Assembly: GCA_030390025.1 (NCBI GenBank)
Contig: CM059432.1
Span: forward strand, 11,160,001-11,224,000
Direction of reading: 5' to 3'
DNA length: 64,000 bases
Source of the DNA: Squalus acanthias
Taxonomy: Eukaryota
Shown here: positions 25,072 to 38,164 of the stretch, piece by piece
Layout of the letters: the number at the start of each line of letters is the position of its first letter
Position numbering within the stretch: the stretch's first letter is position 1
Translations under genes and position numbers: made by a program
The notes under the pieces: model-generated
Seen by the model: only the letters and a program-made list of their open reading frames with translations
What the model was told of the DNA's origin: nothing
Database searches by the model: none

Positions 25072-26283
25072 CGTTTACCCATAACTTGAGGCTCACTTAA
25101 AGGGAACAGACCAAACATGAGTGTTCAATTATTTACTTAATCTACATTATTATATCATTGTTACAGTGATGTTTATGTATTTAATTTGATAATTCAGCTA
25201 TAGAAAAGAGGCATTCAAACCTTAGGTCATCGTGTTTCTGAATTTTTCCATTTTTTGACGTATTAATGGGAAAAAGAATATTTTGAGCAATGACAGTCTT
25301 TCAGTAGTTAAGACTAGGGGTCCTCCGGAATGTGTGAGTATTCGTACGCCGCCCCATCCTCCCCTCCAATCTACACAAGTTTGAAAGGCACTTATGTACA
25401 GTATGATATAATTATCCATCACCCTTGCATATACATACTCTTCATTAATGTGCAACATACTCCATGATTGGTGTAGAAATAGCTAAGGATGAAATTGAGA
25501 CCATGCTGGCATAATAGACTTAATGCTCAACATGTCCAAGTACTGCAGAGAAGCAATCAATAAACCAAATAGAATGCTGAAATATATAAACCAGAATAGT
25601 AGAAGACAAGTCATAGGAAGTCATGCTTAAACTGTGTAGTACTATGGTCAGACTACGCCTTAAAAGAGGCATCTGAGAAATTGTATAATAAAGGTGTACA
25701 AGATAGTAAAGAAAAGATAAATCTGGAAAATTAAGTCAAGATAAATTACAAGAGTAGAAGAAAGGGACACAGATTCAAACTAGTAAAAGACAAATTTGGC
25801 ACTTGTATAAGGAAGCTCTTCACTTGAGTGATCAATATATGGAATGGATTTTTGATAGAACAGTGGAGGTGAAATGCTTGATATTTAAGAACCAACTGGA
25901 TGCCATAATGGTAGTGGGAGGAGGGGGCAACAGTGCAGGGTTTTTCTGGATGGATGAACTAAGTTGGGCTGAATGGCCTTCCTCGATCACCATTATTTTG
26001 TGATCATAAAGTCTAAATTAAATTCTAGAGGAAAAAAAAAGGTATGTCGATTTAGTTTTTATTTGAAGTTTAGTTCACTTTCTCCCCGTGCCGTAACCAT
26101 ATGGCAGGCTCACCAATGGCTTAGTGGGTAATATAAATATAATGTGATAGAGTTCCATGGACCAGTAAGGTGTTGATTTAGCTGGTTTCAGTAAGTGCTA
26201 TAGTCTGAATATTACAAATAACCTCAATGGTACCAAGCTTTTTTTCGGGTGGTATGAAGAAATCACACTATATTTATCTATAT

Positions 26284-26546
26284 TTTAATTGCTCCACCAG
26301 TGGTGGCCGTGCCTTTAGCTGTCAAGGCCCTAAGCTCTGAATTCCCTCCCTCAACCTTTCTGCTTTTCTATCTCTGTTTGCTCCTTTCAGGTGCTCCTTA
26401 AAACCTACCTCTTTGACCTAGCTTTTGGTCATCTGTCCTATTATCTCCTTATATGGCTCGGTGTCCAATTTTGTTTGATAATGCTCCTGTGAAGCTCCTT
26501 GGGACATTTTACTACTTCAAAGGTGCTATATAAATGCAAGGTGTTG
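26284..26546 (+). mobile_element. L2 3' end
   Basis: L2 tail ggtgctatataaatgcaag. Confidence 0.75.
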
Positions 26547-26749
26547 TATATTTCATTTATCTATATTTATTTTTAATTTTTATTATATTGTATATTTATA
26601 TTTTTATGTTTATATTGACATTTTATATAACATGTTATTATGACCTTCAGAAACATCTCCATGTGCTTCACACACACAACTATTAAAGTGCAGTTGACTT
26701 ATTATGTAGACAAATGTAGCAGTTGTTCTCTGCACAAGATCCCACAAAG

Positions 26750-27800
26750 AAGGGCAAAGTGGCAAGTTGGATCCAAAATTGGCTCAGAGGCAGGAAACAA
26801 AGGGTAATGGTCGAAGAGTGTTTTTTGACTGGAAGGCTGTTTCCAGTGGGGTTCTGCAGGGCTCAATACTGGATCCTTTGCTTTTTGTGGTATATATCAA
26901 TGATTTGGACTTGAATGTAGGAAGTATGATTAAGAAGTTTGCAGATGATACAAAAATTGGCTGTGTGGTTGACAATGAAGAATAAAGCTGCAGACTGCAG
27001 GAAGATATCAATGGACTGGTCAGGTGGGCGGAACAGTGGCAAATGGAATTCAATCTGGAGAAGTGTGAGGTAATGCATTTGGGGAGGGCACTGAGAAGTG
27101 CAGAAGATCAGAGGGACCTTGGAGTGCATGTCCACAGATCCCTGAAGGTAGCAGGACAGGTAGATAAGGTGGTTAAGAAGGCTTACTTGCCTTTATTAGC
27201 CGAGGCATAGAATATAAGAGCAGGGAGGTTATGCTTGAACTGTATAAAACACTAGTTAGGCCGCAGCTAGAATACTGCGTGCAGTTCTAGTCACCACATT
27301 ACAGGAAGGATATGATTGCACTAGAGTGGGTGCAGAGGAGATTTACGAGGATGTTGCCTGGGCTGGGGAATTTTAGCTGTGAGGAAAGATTGGATAGGCT
27401 GGGGTTATTTTCTTTGGAACAGAGGAGGCTGAGGGGAGACCTAATTGAGGTGTTTAAAATTATGAGGGGCCTAGATAGAGTGGATAGGAAGGACCTATTC
27501 CCTTGCCAGAAGGGTCAATAACCAGGGGGCATAGATTTAAAGTAATTGGTCAGAGGTTTAGAGGGGATTTGAGGAGAATTTTTTTCACCCAGAGGGTGGT
27601 GGGGGTCTGGAACTCACTGCCAGAAAGGGTGGTAGAGGCAGAGACCCTCGTCACATTTAAAAAGTACTTGGATATGCACTTGAAGTGCCTTAACCTACGG
27701 GCCAAGTGCTGGAAAGTGGGATTAGGGTGGATAGCTCTTTGTCGGCCGGCATGTACAAGATGGGCCGAATGGCCTCCTTCTGTGCTGTAAATTTCTATGA
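26750..27800 (+). mobile_element. CR1 fragment (RT to tail)
   Basis: KFADDTKIG and RGDLIEVFKIM motifs; CR1 tail. Confidence 0.9.
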
Positions 27801-28337
27801 AAGAGCAATGAGGTGCTGGTTAGTTTGTCTTTTTTGGTGGTAGTTGAATGTGCAATTTGGCCAAAATAGAGAACTCCCTGCTTTTCTTTAAATAGTGCCA
27901 GGGAATCTTGAATGCCCACATGAACCACCAGAAGAGACGGGGACTCTATTTAATGCCCAATCCCAAGGACAGCACCTCCAACAATACAACATGCTCTTAG
28001 TATTGCACTGGATTTCCAGCCTTGAATATGCGCTCAAGTCCTACTATACTTTTTTTAGCAACTGAATTTATCCTTCACTACATACAAATGGTTAATTGCA
28101 TCCCAATGAACCATATGGGTAAGATGATAGAAATATGAAGTCCATCACCTACATGCAAACTTTTTCAGCTCAAAAGTTTAATATGTAATTTTAGATTCTG
28201 AATACCATCAGCAACTCTGAAAGAAATATGAATTCATAAAATTTAAATCTGTGGCGATTAGGTAGGTTAGTGCTCTTCATATATCTAATACTTGCATACT
28301 TCAATAATGTGGAACAATATTCAGGTAGCACAGCAAA

Positions 28338-28905
28338 TAGAGTCATGGAGTTATACAGCACAGAAAGAGGCCCATCGTGTCTGCGCCGGCCATCAAGCCC
28401 TGTCTATTCTAATCCTATTTTCCAGCACTTGGTCCGTAGCCTTGTATGCTATGGCGTTTCAAGTGCTCATCTAAATGCTTCTTGAATGTTGTGAGGGTTC
28501 CTGCCTCTACCACCCTTTCAGGCAGTGAGTTCCAGATTCCAACCACCCTCTGGGTGAAAAAGTTTTTCCTCAAATCCCCTCTAAACCTCCTGCCCCTTAC
28601 CTTGAAACTATGCCCCCTGGTTATTGACCCCTCTGCTAAGGGGAAAAGTTCCTTTCTATCTACCCTATCTATGCCCCTCATAATTTTGTACACCTCAATC
28701 AGGTCCCCCCTCAGCCTTCTCTGCTCTAAGGAAAACAACCCCAGCCTGCCCAGTCTCTCTTCATAGCTGAAGCGCTCCAGCCCAGGTAACATCCTGGTGA
28801 ATCTCCTCTGCACCCTCTCCAATGCAATCACATCCCTCCTATAGTGTGGTGACCAGAACTGCACACAGTATTCCAGCTGTGGCCTAACTAATGTTTTGTC
28901 ATACA
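28338..28905 (-). mobile_element. CR1 3' fragment
   Basis: ORF 28415-28906 [15 protein letters not shown]... Confidence 0.92.
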
Positions 28906-30592
28906 TGGAGTAAAATATACTAAAATAAACTAACTAAAAAACCATTTGCAAATTTTGTGTGGCTCCAAAATGGAAGTTGTAACTCCCATTTTGGTTTAAG
29001 AATTCACCATTTACACATTTTGGCTTGGAACCGTAAAAATTGATGATCATTTGGTTCATTGTGTCTGTGTCTGTTTGCCACAGCAATCTAAAACTAATCC
29101 CGATGCCCTGTTCCTTTATTTTCCTCTGCTTCAGATGTTTATCCATTTTCCCCTCAGTGGTATATGGCAGTGGTCGCCATGCTTTAACAACTCTGCATAA
29201 ATACATTTCTTCTAAACTCACTGATTACCATCACTAGCTCCCCAATGAGAGGAAGTAGGGTGAATAGGGAAAGTCTATCAAAATGCTTCATAATTTTGGA
29301 AAGCTCAGTTAAATCTCTTCTTGGCTTTCTCTGCTGCAGTGGAAATAATCCCAGTATTTTAAGGTTTCATTCTGGTGAATCTACACTGTATGCTCTCTTT
29401 GGTTTTAATGTCCTTTCTATCATGGGGTGCTTGGCTAGTTAATTTGGGTAGTACTGATCAAATATTTATACAATCATCTGGAAGCCCAACTTTCACTGAG
29501 ACTTCAACATTTCTGTAATTTCCAATCAGGCTTTTCCAGTCGCCAACAGGCATGACTGCTGTTTAAAATAATGTTCAATGGAGCACAATTTAGAATGGTG
29601 TGAGCACGGTCAAAAGTTTATGAGCAGGAGCATTTGAAAGAATTCACCAAGAGATAGTGCTGTGAAACCCCAAGCACCAGCAAGATTAATGGGACTCCTC
29701 TCATTGTTTGAAGCTTTTCTCTATTGATTCATCTTTATCGCTTCATCAAATCCTCTGGAAGGTCAAGAAGAGTAGTAAGGAGGCAGAATATTTTTGCGAA
29801 AGTTTAAAAAAAAAATTGATTAATTGTACAGACTAATATGAACACTGGCAAGATAGTCTTGGAGCTGACACACATCCATGATATTGGTGCAGTGGGTTTC
29901 TTAAGGAACTCAACAGTTAGTGGTATTACCAGAGAGTAAAGTTCTATTTTCTGTACATTATCTGCATCTGGGTTGGTAAATGCATCTCTTTCAGAATAAC
30001 TTGGCTAGAACCCTGGAATTATTAAACCAGTTACCTTGCCGTTTACCTTCATAAAACTGAACTTCATTGCTAGTAACAATGTCATTAAAGAATTGGTGAA
30101 CCTAGCTTAATGTGCCACCAAGCAGTGAATGAGTAGGTCATTTTCACTTGTCATTTTTTCATGGTGTATTCTCTGCAGTTTTTTTTTGAAAGGAAGTTCT
30201 TGTATTTAATGCTTCTGAAGGTGACATTCGCCTCTTTATGCTGGATATCTTTGTGATGATGCAGTTGGAGATTGCTGGGGATTAAAATACATATTTGAGA
30301 ACTGACAGTCTTCAAATAATAGACACCCTAGGACATTGTGCTTGTGTTACCCAGCTTGAAATCTGTTGTAGAAATTGGTTGCGTTAGTGTCAAACTTTCT
30401 ATTTGGAGCATGTGTGTTGAAATTCTTATTTATTTTATTTCCTTTTTTGTGGTACCTTTTTCTTGTGCACTTCTCTGTATTGAAAGGAAGATACCTGGAC
30501 AAATTGTCTCTAAAAGGGCACATAAAGTGTGAATCATCAAATGATCATAGAATCAGACAGCACAGAAGGAGGCCATTCAGCCCAAGGGGCCC

Positions 30593-30663
30593 TGCATTGG
30601 CCGGGAAATGAGCCCTGGTCTCCCGCGTGGCAGGCGAGAATTCTACCCCATAACCACCAATGG
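30593..30663 (-). pseudogene. tRNA-Gly(GCC) pseudogene fused to a CR1 3' tail (30544-30592)
   Basis: Minus strand CCATTGGTGGTTATGGGGTAGAATTCTCGCCTGCCACGCGGGAGACCAGGGCTCATTTCCCGGCCAATGCA; anticodon arm intact, T-loop/B-box and D-arm mutated. Confidence 0.85.
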
Positions 30664-30697
30664 CCACTAATTTGTTGAAATATGAGAAGAACTATTC

Positions 30698-31236
30698 AAC
30701 AATAACAACAACTTGTATTTATATAGCACCTTTTAACGTAGTAAAACATCCCAAGGCACTTCACAGGAGTATTATAAGACACACAATTTTAAGGAGCGTC
30801 TTAAAGGAAAAAAGAGAGGCGGAGAGGATTAGGCAGGGAATTCCAGAGCTTAGGGCCTAGGCAACAGAAGGCACGGCCACCAATGGTTGAGTGATTATAA
30901 TCAGGGGTGCTCAAGAGGGCAGAATTAGAGGAGCATAGATATCTTGGTGGGGGGGTGGGGCGGTTGTGGGGCTGAAGGAGATTACAGAGATAGGAAGGGG
31001 CGAGACCATGGAGGGATTTGAAAACAAGGATGAGAATTTTGAAATCGAGGCGTTGCTTAACCAGGAGCCAGTGTAGGTCAGCGAGCACAGGGGTGATGGG
31101 TGAACAGGACTTGGTGCGAGTTAGGACACAGGCAGCTGAGTTTTGGATCACCTCAAGTTTACATAGGGTAGAATGTGGGAGGCCAGCTAGGAGTGTGTTG
31201 GAATAGTCAAGTCTAGAGGTAACAAAGGCATGGATT
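30698..31236 (-). mobile_element. L2 3' fragment
   Basis: ORF 30801-31151 with PVLADLHWLLVKQRLDFKILIL. Confidence 0.88.
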
Positions 31237-32311
31237 CAAAGAACTAGTCAAAATTTTCTCCCAATCTAAAAGTGCAAATCTACAAAAATCCCTGCATAAG
31301 CATGTGTATTGAAAATAATTTTAAGGCTAACCGATTCTCTAAATGCATCATCTAACATTTTTAAGAATGCCACTTCAAGAATGAAGATGTTGGCTTCCTC
31401 GTGTAATCTACAGGTGCAATCTAATGCAGACTAACCTAAAATGAAGCAAAGGTATTTAAAACCAGCTTTGTCTGAATTAACTGCAACTAAAATTTCAGTC
31501 TCGTATCCCATATAGTTGTTGAAAGTAGAAGATTTACTGGTAAGAAATCAACACACATACATTGTTGTGAAATGTCAAACTAATTGTAATTTGTCACTCA
31601 TCTATTACCATTATTCAGTGAGACCTGTGCCTGTTGCCAACGAAGTATCACTTTTTCCATCTTTTCAACACTTTTCACCTGCAGGGATTGAAGTGTTATG
31701 CCAATATCTTATACTTCTGTCTAAATATTTGACAATCAAGTTTTGGCATAGTTCAAAGATGACAATTGAACATTTTGCAATCATTCTTTTAAACTCCACT
31801 ACTTGATTTTGTTGAAGGTAAGTGGTATAAGTGTCCTCAACCACTCTATATCTGGCCCTCTGTTCCTTTATTTCTTTTAATTCAACATTTTAATATACCG
31901 GCAATGAGGATTTCAGACATTTTATCTTCAAAGTATGCACTATGAATTTAGATTAGACGGCAACTGTCAACAGCTGCCAGTGTAGATCTTATTAGATTTG
32001 TTTATGCTTTAGATTATAGGCATTGATAGTAGAAGCGAAAGTTGTGCTGAGCTACAAACAGGAGAAAGTAAAGTAATAGTATGGAGAGATGTAATAGACT
32101 ACATCGGTTCCGAGGGACTGCTTAACAAGAAGTATGGAGAGATGTAATAGACTGCACCATTTCCAGTAATTTCTGTGTGTTATTGCAATAGCATTTACAG
32201 CAGGTAGTATTTTAAAGATTGTCAACATTTAAATTTAAACTAAACCCAGATTCTGGTTCAAAAGCTTTTTGCATGTACAGGCACTTCCAGTATGCACCTT
32301 TTTTTATAGAG

Positions 32312-32663
32312 CAGGGGTTCTCAATCTTTTTGCTTCTGAGGCCCCCCCTCCCCCCTCCCTTGTTATAAAAATTCCACGGACCCCCTGTAACACAACACAA
32401 GTATTTTTTCTGTATAAAAATTCTCTCAACGCTGCTCCCACTCACCATACTGCTGCTGCTATCCCGGCACTGCAGAAAATACTGGTCCCCACACCCATCC
32501 CACTCCCTCTTTCCCTTCACATGAGCCCCATTCATCTGACCCCCAGTCTCGCTCTTTCCCTCGCAACCCCCAACTCCCTCAACCACTGTTCCTGGCACAT
32601 CAGCCGGCCCCGGTTCTCAGATTGATTCAGTCAAACAGCCTTTTTCCCTGTTGAGAATCCTTG
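32312..32663. mobile_element. hAT (Charlie-like) MITE
   Basis: TIRs CAGGGGTTCTCAA / TTGAGAATCCTTG; perfect 8-bp TSD TTATAGAG at 32304-32311 and 32664-32671. Confidence 0.88.
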
Positions 32664-32671
32664 TTATAGAG

Positions 32672-33060
32672 GCTCTTCTGATGGCTCAGTGAATAAATGC
32701 ATCACTCTCTTTTACTGCACCATATAGATGAGGGAGGTCCCAGGTTCAATTTGTAGTCTGTGCTGATCTGGCTTATGACGGTTAGAGTACAGGTGAAAGC
32801 ACTACAAATGGTCTCAGTGCCTTTGGGCTAGGGAGAAAATAAGCCAGCACTTCTCGTTTGTGTTTTCAGATGGCTATTGCTGGAAAATGTGTATGTGTGG
32901 ATATATAGTGTGGACAGGATTAATTTGGTTATGCTGTCTCGCACAGTTGAGTCGCCTGTTCATGCTCAGTCGGACAAACTATTTGATTGAAGCACTGGAG
33001 GAGTGATGCTCATAGGATTGTATTCCAGCATGTCAGTGTCTTCGAGAAGGGAAGGGGTTG
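32672..33060 (+). mobile_element. Old tRNA-derived SINE; related fragments at about 21200-21395 and 26105-26260
   Basis: A-box-like TGGCTCAGTGAA and B-box-like GGTTCAATT; body similar to the other fragments. Confidence 0.5.
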
Positions 33061-33593
33061 TAGAATTTGTTGGAAAGAGAATAATCGCTGTTAGATCTCC
33101 AAACCTGTCTTGCCAACATGTACATACCTGGTAATATTTAAAGCTGCATTACTTTTGGGGGGTGGGTGGGGAAGTGGTGAAGGTGAGTGAGAGATGCTAA
33201 TCTTTTCCCCTGTTAAGTCTGGGTTTGAATCCAGTTAGAAAATGAATAGACATGTTTTGAACAGTTTGGGTCCATTTGCAATTCTGAATTCACAGAATTC
33301 TCATTTTGCATAAAATACTGGTTATGAGGTAACTGGTGTGGGGTGCAAAAATGAGAAGCGTTCAAGTCGTGAGAGGGTGCTCATTTGAGGTTCATTGCAC
33401 TGAAGGGTGCTATGCAATCTCTCTCCTCAATAGTACAAGTAGGAACCACATTTTACTTGCATTGTTGTGAACCTGGGGACGGCAGAGCCCTCCTGATCAT
33501 ACACAATCACTTGCATGTTGTTTCTTACGGTCTCCCACTGCCACTGTGATAATTGAAAATAGTTGACAAGATCGAACAATGCCACCAAACTTA

Positions 33594-34366
33594 GGGGTAA
33601 AAATTCGGTCGCGCCCCGTTTGGGGCGCTAACCTCGCCGGGGCGCGACTTTTAGCGCCCCGAAAAAATTAGCGGCCCCGCGCCGGAACTTCAGTGGTTGC
33701 GCCCCAAGAGGGAAGCGGGGCGCCACTGGAAGCACCCCGCATCCCTCTTGGGGCGCTGCGAGTCAATATCATGGCGCTACGTGCTGCAGCGCCAGGCACT
33801 GCGGCACGTCGCGCCGCGGTATTGCAGGCCTTCCTCCCCTTCTTAAAGGGGAGGGACCCTGCGCAGCGCGAACCGGGGCCCAGCTGGGCCCCCAGGGATC
33901 GGGAGTGCCGGCAAAAGAGCCCGGCCCTCAAGAGAAGTGCCGGGCTCTTGGAGCGCAGCTGGCACTTCACGGTGGGGGGGCTTCACGGGGGCCGGGGACA
34001 GCAACGGGGGCAGGTGCTGGCAGGCGGCCAGCAACAAAAATGGCCGCCTGCCACCTCCCCTTTAAATATCACCGCCCCGGCCGCACGTACGCCTCCCTGA
34101 ACCCGTCGGACATAGCGTCTGGTGGTAAATCAGGGGGCGCGACTGAAGATCGCGGCTGGAGCGCGAGCGGGGTGCTGCGCACGGCGATGACGTCATCGCC
34201 GGCGGCGCAGCGCCACAGGGCGCTACCGGCTGGCGCCGCCGCTAACCTCCCGCTAAATTTTACGGGAGGCGTGGGCGGCGCTGCGCCCGGACGTTAGCTG
34301 CTTTACGCCCCATTAGCGCCCTCTTAAGGCGCTAACAGGAGGCGCAAGCAGCTGAATTTTTCCCCC
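33594..34366. mobile_element. GC/CpG-rich PIF/Harbinger-type MITE, family H1 copy 2
   Basis: TIRs GGGGTAAAAATTC / GAATTTTTCCCCC; perfect TTA TSD at 33591-33593 and 34367-34369. Confidence 0.9.
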
Positions 34367-35131
34367 TTAGTTTTTAGCTGTGAAAACTTGCCTCTTTTGG
34401 TGGGGTTTCCAATCAGCAGCTTTTATACTACAGTTAATGTCCATCCTTACTGTTACTTCACAAGGCAGATAATTTCAGAATTATGAGTAACTTTTGAAGT
34501 GGAAAATTTTTATCTGATCACTTGTACCAATATATTCATATTACCGAATGTGTGTGAAGATACTGTGATCTTGTATGACTTGAATCAAGTCCTCTTCGCT
34601 ATTTTAAACCAGACTAATTTCAGAAACTTTTTCTGAGCCAAGTAGGACTTATCCCATTTATTAATGTTTAAATAGAATAAGTAGTGTGCTCACACCTCCA
34701 GTGATTTGACTGAATTATTTCGTACTGTAAATTTTCTGGAAATATTTTGCTATGCTCATTAAATCCCTTACCAGAGTAACATTTTTAATTATAACATGAA
34801 AATCCTGTGTAATAAGGATTTGTCCAGTGTGTACTGCATGTACATGATGAGTACATTATGTATATTCTCACGATGTTTATTAATATAGCATTTTTCAGAA
34901 TATCTACCTATTTTTGACATGTTTTTGAAATTGAATATAACCCTATTTACCTTGCACTTCAAAGTCAACTGAACAATTCTGTTCTGAGAATTGCTGGACT
35001 GCATTTGCTTTTTTTTTTGAAGGTCTTTGTGAACTAGCTGTCATTGAAGCTGGTTTCCCTTAGTCAGAACGACTAATTTTTATAAGTCTATAGGTCATCA
35101 ATAACATAATCTTTGCTTTTTAATTTTTCAG

Positions 35132-35549
35132 GAGTTTGCCTGAAGCAACATAGGATGAGAATGGAACGTGCGTGTGACTGAATCCCGGAGAAGACACAGC
35201 TTGGTGATTATAACTCGGTCATAAAAGGACGCCTGTGGGGACGGTTCCTTACTCTGCTGTGACTTTCAAATTCACAATGGCAAGATTCTTGTGGCTTGGT
35301 GGCTAATACTGTGCTAACATATTTATGAGTTTGGAACTTCAACATTTATTTGTGCATCTGCTTCTGGAGATTGTTTGCAGATGAAACGCATTGCAGTTAG
35401 AAATGGACCGTCAAGACCTACAATGGAAGTGTCCTGGCTGCCTCCTGCTCAGTTTCACCCAGTGAGGACAGGTTGAAGTTGGGATTGCAAGCATTGCTTG
35501 AAAAACAGTATGCAGGAAGCTGGTTTTCAAGCCACAAATGCTTTAAAAG
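35132..35549 (+). other. LDLRAD4: 418-nt exon (378 nt 5'UTR + 40 nt CDS) of putative LDLRAD4
   Basis: Polypyrimidine tract and acceptor ctttgctttttaatttttcAG (35131), donor GTACGT at 35550, non-repetitive sequence. Confidence 0.8.
35510..35549 (+). CDS. LDLRAD4: First coding segment of LDLRAD4 (low-density lipoprotein receptor class A domain-containing 4): MQEAGFQATNALK, then a phase-1 intron
   Basis: ATG at 35510 and 40 coding nt ending at the donor AG|GTACGT (35549/35550). The peptide matches my recollection of the human N-terminus MPEAGFQATNAFTE. The next exon (LDLa module) was not seen in the window. Confidence 0.85.
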
Positions 35550-35759
35550 GTACGTGTACTTGTAGTGGTATATTTACTGTAAGAAATTTCCCATAGTTAC
35601 TCTATCAAAAATCTCCACATTATCAAAAAGTAAAATGTCATTTTTAGATCATTGCTGTGACAAAAATTAGCTTAGAATTTGAGGATAGGTTTTCTTGCAG
35701 TATATTTTCATTGGTAGTTGATTGACCAATAAAATTCAATATACAATCTTTGCATTTGA

Positions 35760-36087
35760 GTAAGTAAGGAGAAACTGTTTCCACTGGCAGATGGGTCAGT
35801 AGGTAACCAGACGACACCAATTTAAGATAATTGGCAAATGAACCAGAGGGAAAATGAGAATTTTTTTTATGCAGTGAGTTATGATCTGGAATGCACTGCC
35901 TGAAAAGGACGGCAGAAGCAGATTCAGTAGTAACTTCCAAAACGGAATTGGATATATATTTGAAAAGGAAACATTTTTTTCAGGGCTATGGTGAAAGAGC
36001 TGGTGAGTGAGACTGGATAGCTCATTCAAAGAGCCAACACAGGCATGATGGGCCAAATGGCGGCCTCCTGTGCTGTATCATTCTAAC
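35760..36087 (+). mobile_element. CR1 3' fragment
   Basis: WNALPE motif and CR1 tail. Confidence 0.8.
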
Positions 36088-36509
36088 ACAATTACCTTAC
36101 TTGCAAGGTCAAACTATAGGTCCCAATAGGCTGAAATAATGCAACCTGTTACTGTGTTTCTGTGACAGAGCTGCATACTTTTTTTTAAAAGGTATGTATG
36201 TACCCATTTTTTCCCTGACATTTATTTTTTACTTCCCTTTATTCAGAGCTCTCCAGGCGGTCCACTAACTGTGGATGAGTGGACTTAAGGCAATTTTTGC
36301 CAGTGCCATTCTTTAGGAGACTGTTAAGGGATGCACAAGACCAGCCAGTGACAACTCCCTTTGTAGGTTGGCAGACTGGAGGTATATAACCTGTGGTGCT
36401 GTGCGTTGGAGCTTTGAAATTTATGCTCCTTTATTATAATAGGATCCTTGAGAACCAAGTGTTTTGTGTCTTATAGTGTGTTATGAATATTATGTAGCAG
36501 GGTATACAC

Positions 36510-36925
36510 AGAGTAACATGGTTTCACCAAGGCCCTGTACAATTGTAGCAAGACTTTCTTACTCTTATACTCTGCTTTTCTATTCTTCCTACCAAAGTGA
36601 ATAACCTCACATTTCCCTACATTATACTCCATCTGCCACTTTACTGCCCACTCACTTAGTCTATCTATATCCCTTTGCAGACTCTTTGTGCTCTCCTCAC
36701 AGCTTACTGTCCCACTTAGCTTTGTATCATCAGCAAACTTGGATACATTACACTCGGTCCCTTCATCTAGGTCATTAATATAGATTGTAAATAGCTGAGG
36801 CCCCAACACTGATCCTTGCGGCACCCCACTAGTTACAGCCTGCCAACCTGAAAAAGATCTGTTTATCCCTACTCTCTCCCCCTTTATCTACCCTGCTAGT
36901 AACATCCTCAAAAACTCTAAACATG
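36510..36925 (-). mobile_element. Internally deleted CR1 RT fragment
   Basis: PQGSVLGP..KFADDTK in ORF 36471-36824. Confidence 0.85.
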
Positions 36926-37134
36926 GTAGTTTCTTGGCCACCAATTCCTAAATACTTAAGTAAAAATAGAAAATATTGGTAGTACACTGTAGGGCAGTCA
37001 GTTTTAAAAAGAGGCAAGTAGTTTAATATTTTGCATAGGACCCTGAAGTAGAATTGTTATTTTTATTGCCTTTAAACATTGGTGACTAATACCTGGCCTT
37101 GATAACTAGGTGGATAAGAATAAACTTTTTCAGC

Positions 37135-37480
37135 GGTATGGCAGCCTTGTGGTTATGGCATTGGACTAGCTACCCAGAGTTCGTCAGATCAAATCACAGC
37201 ATGGCAAGTTGTGAAATAGAATTTAATAAATCTAGTAATTTGTTAGCTCTGCTAATTTGTCAGCTGTTGCCAGAAAAAATAACCATGAAAGCTGCTGGAT
37301 TGTCAATAAAACTCAACTGGTTCACTAATGCCTTTCAGGGAAAGGAAACTGTCTAGATCTAGGTCTTGCCTAATGTGACTCCAATCCCACACTACCTGGT
37401 TGACTCTTAATGCCCTAAGGACAAATAGGGCGATAAATACTGCCCTCCCTCCCAGTGTTGCTTACAGACCAAGAAAAAAA
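37135..37480 (+). mobile_element. tRNA-headed SINE with a tail resembling LINE family B
   Basis: tgtggttatggcattggactag head; 3' gggcgataaatactgcc resembles the family B tail. Confidence 0.5.
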
Positions 37481-38164
37481 AGCTGGTTGGATGACCAGTC
37501 CTAGAGTCATTGCACTCATTCATTCTAGTTGTTTGGGGATTTTAAAAATTACTTCAGATCTCTTATCTTTATTTTGTTGACCAGATGGAGCAGGCTTGTA
37601 GTACCACTGGTTCACCAAGGTATAGTGTTATTAATGTAGAGATTGTATTTCATGGGTATCAACTATGAGGAAGCTGGCAAAAAATGGCTGGCTCACTGCA
37701 TGTAAGAATTTGGAAGAAAAGGGAAAATTAGCATTGTAAAGAGGAAAAAGGAAAGCACAAGCACAGCAATAATGAGGTAACAAAAATGCATGTGATACAT
37801 GTAAAGACACAGGCAAATGCACACTCTGAGAGCGTGCTGACAGAACTAATGCATGACAAGGCAGCATGCACAATTGTGAGAGTGAGAGAACATCTACACT
37901 GGTTGTTGTCGAAGAGAACAATGACATTTTGTTGGTGTCCACAAAGTCATTGCTGAATTGACTAGATGCTGCTGTGTGTTTTGATTTTAATGCTGGGATC
38001 CTTCGAATCAAACTGAGATTTAAGCACATAGTTTTAAAAACTTCTAAGTACAAGTAGTATTCTGGAAATAGAAATGTTAGATTGGATTTCTACTATTTTG
38101 TCACTGAAATTCCTTACTCAAGTTTTTGTTTAAACATTCATAATATAGTAATGTATGTGCTAAT

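Noticed and set aside
30593..30663. Functional tRNA-Gly gene
   Set aside because: The T-loop/B-box and D-arm are mutated and the sequence is fused to a LINE tail.
32078..32153. 23-bp direct repeat AGTATGGAGAGATGTAATAGACT with a 30-nt spacer, superficially CRISPR-like
   Set aside because: Only two units, similarity extends into the spacer, no cas genes, vertebrate context. It is best explained as a local tandem duplication.
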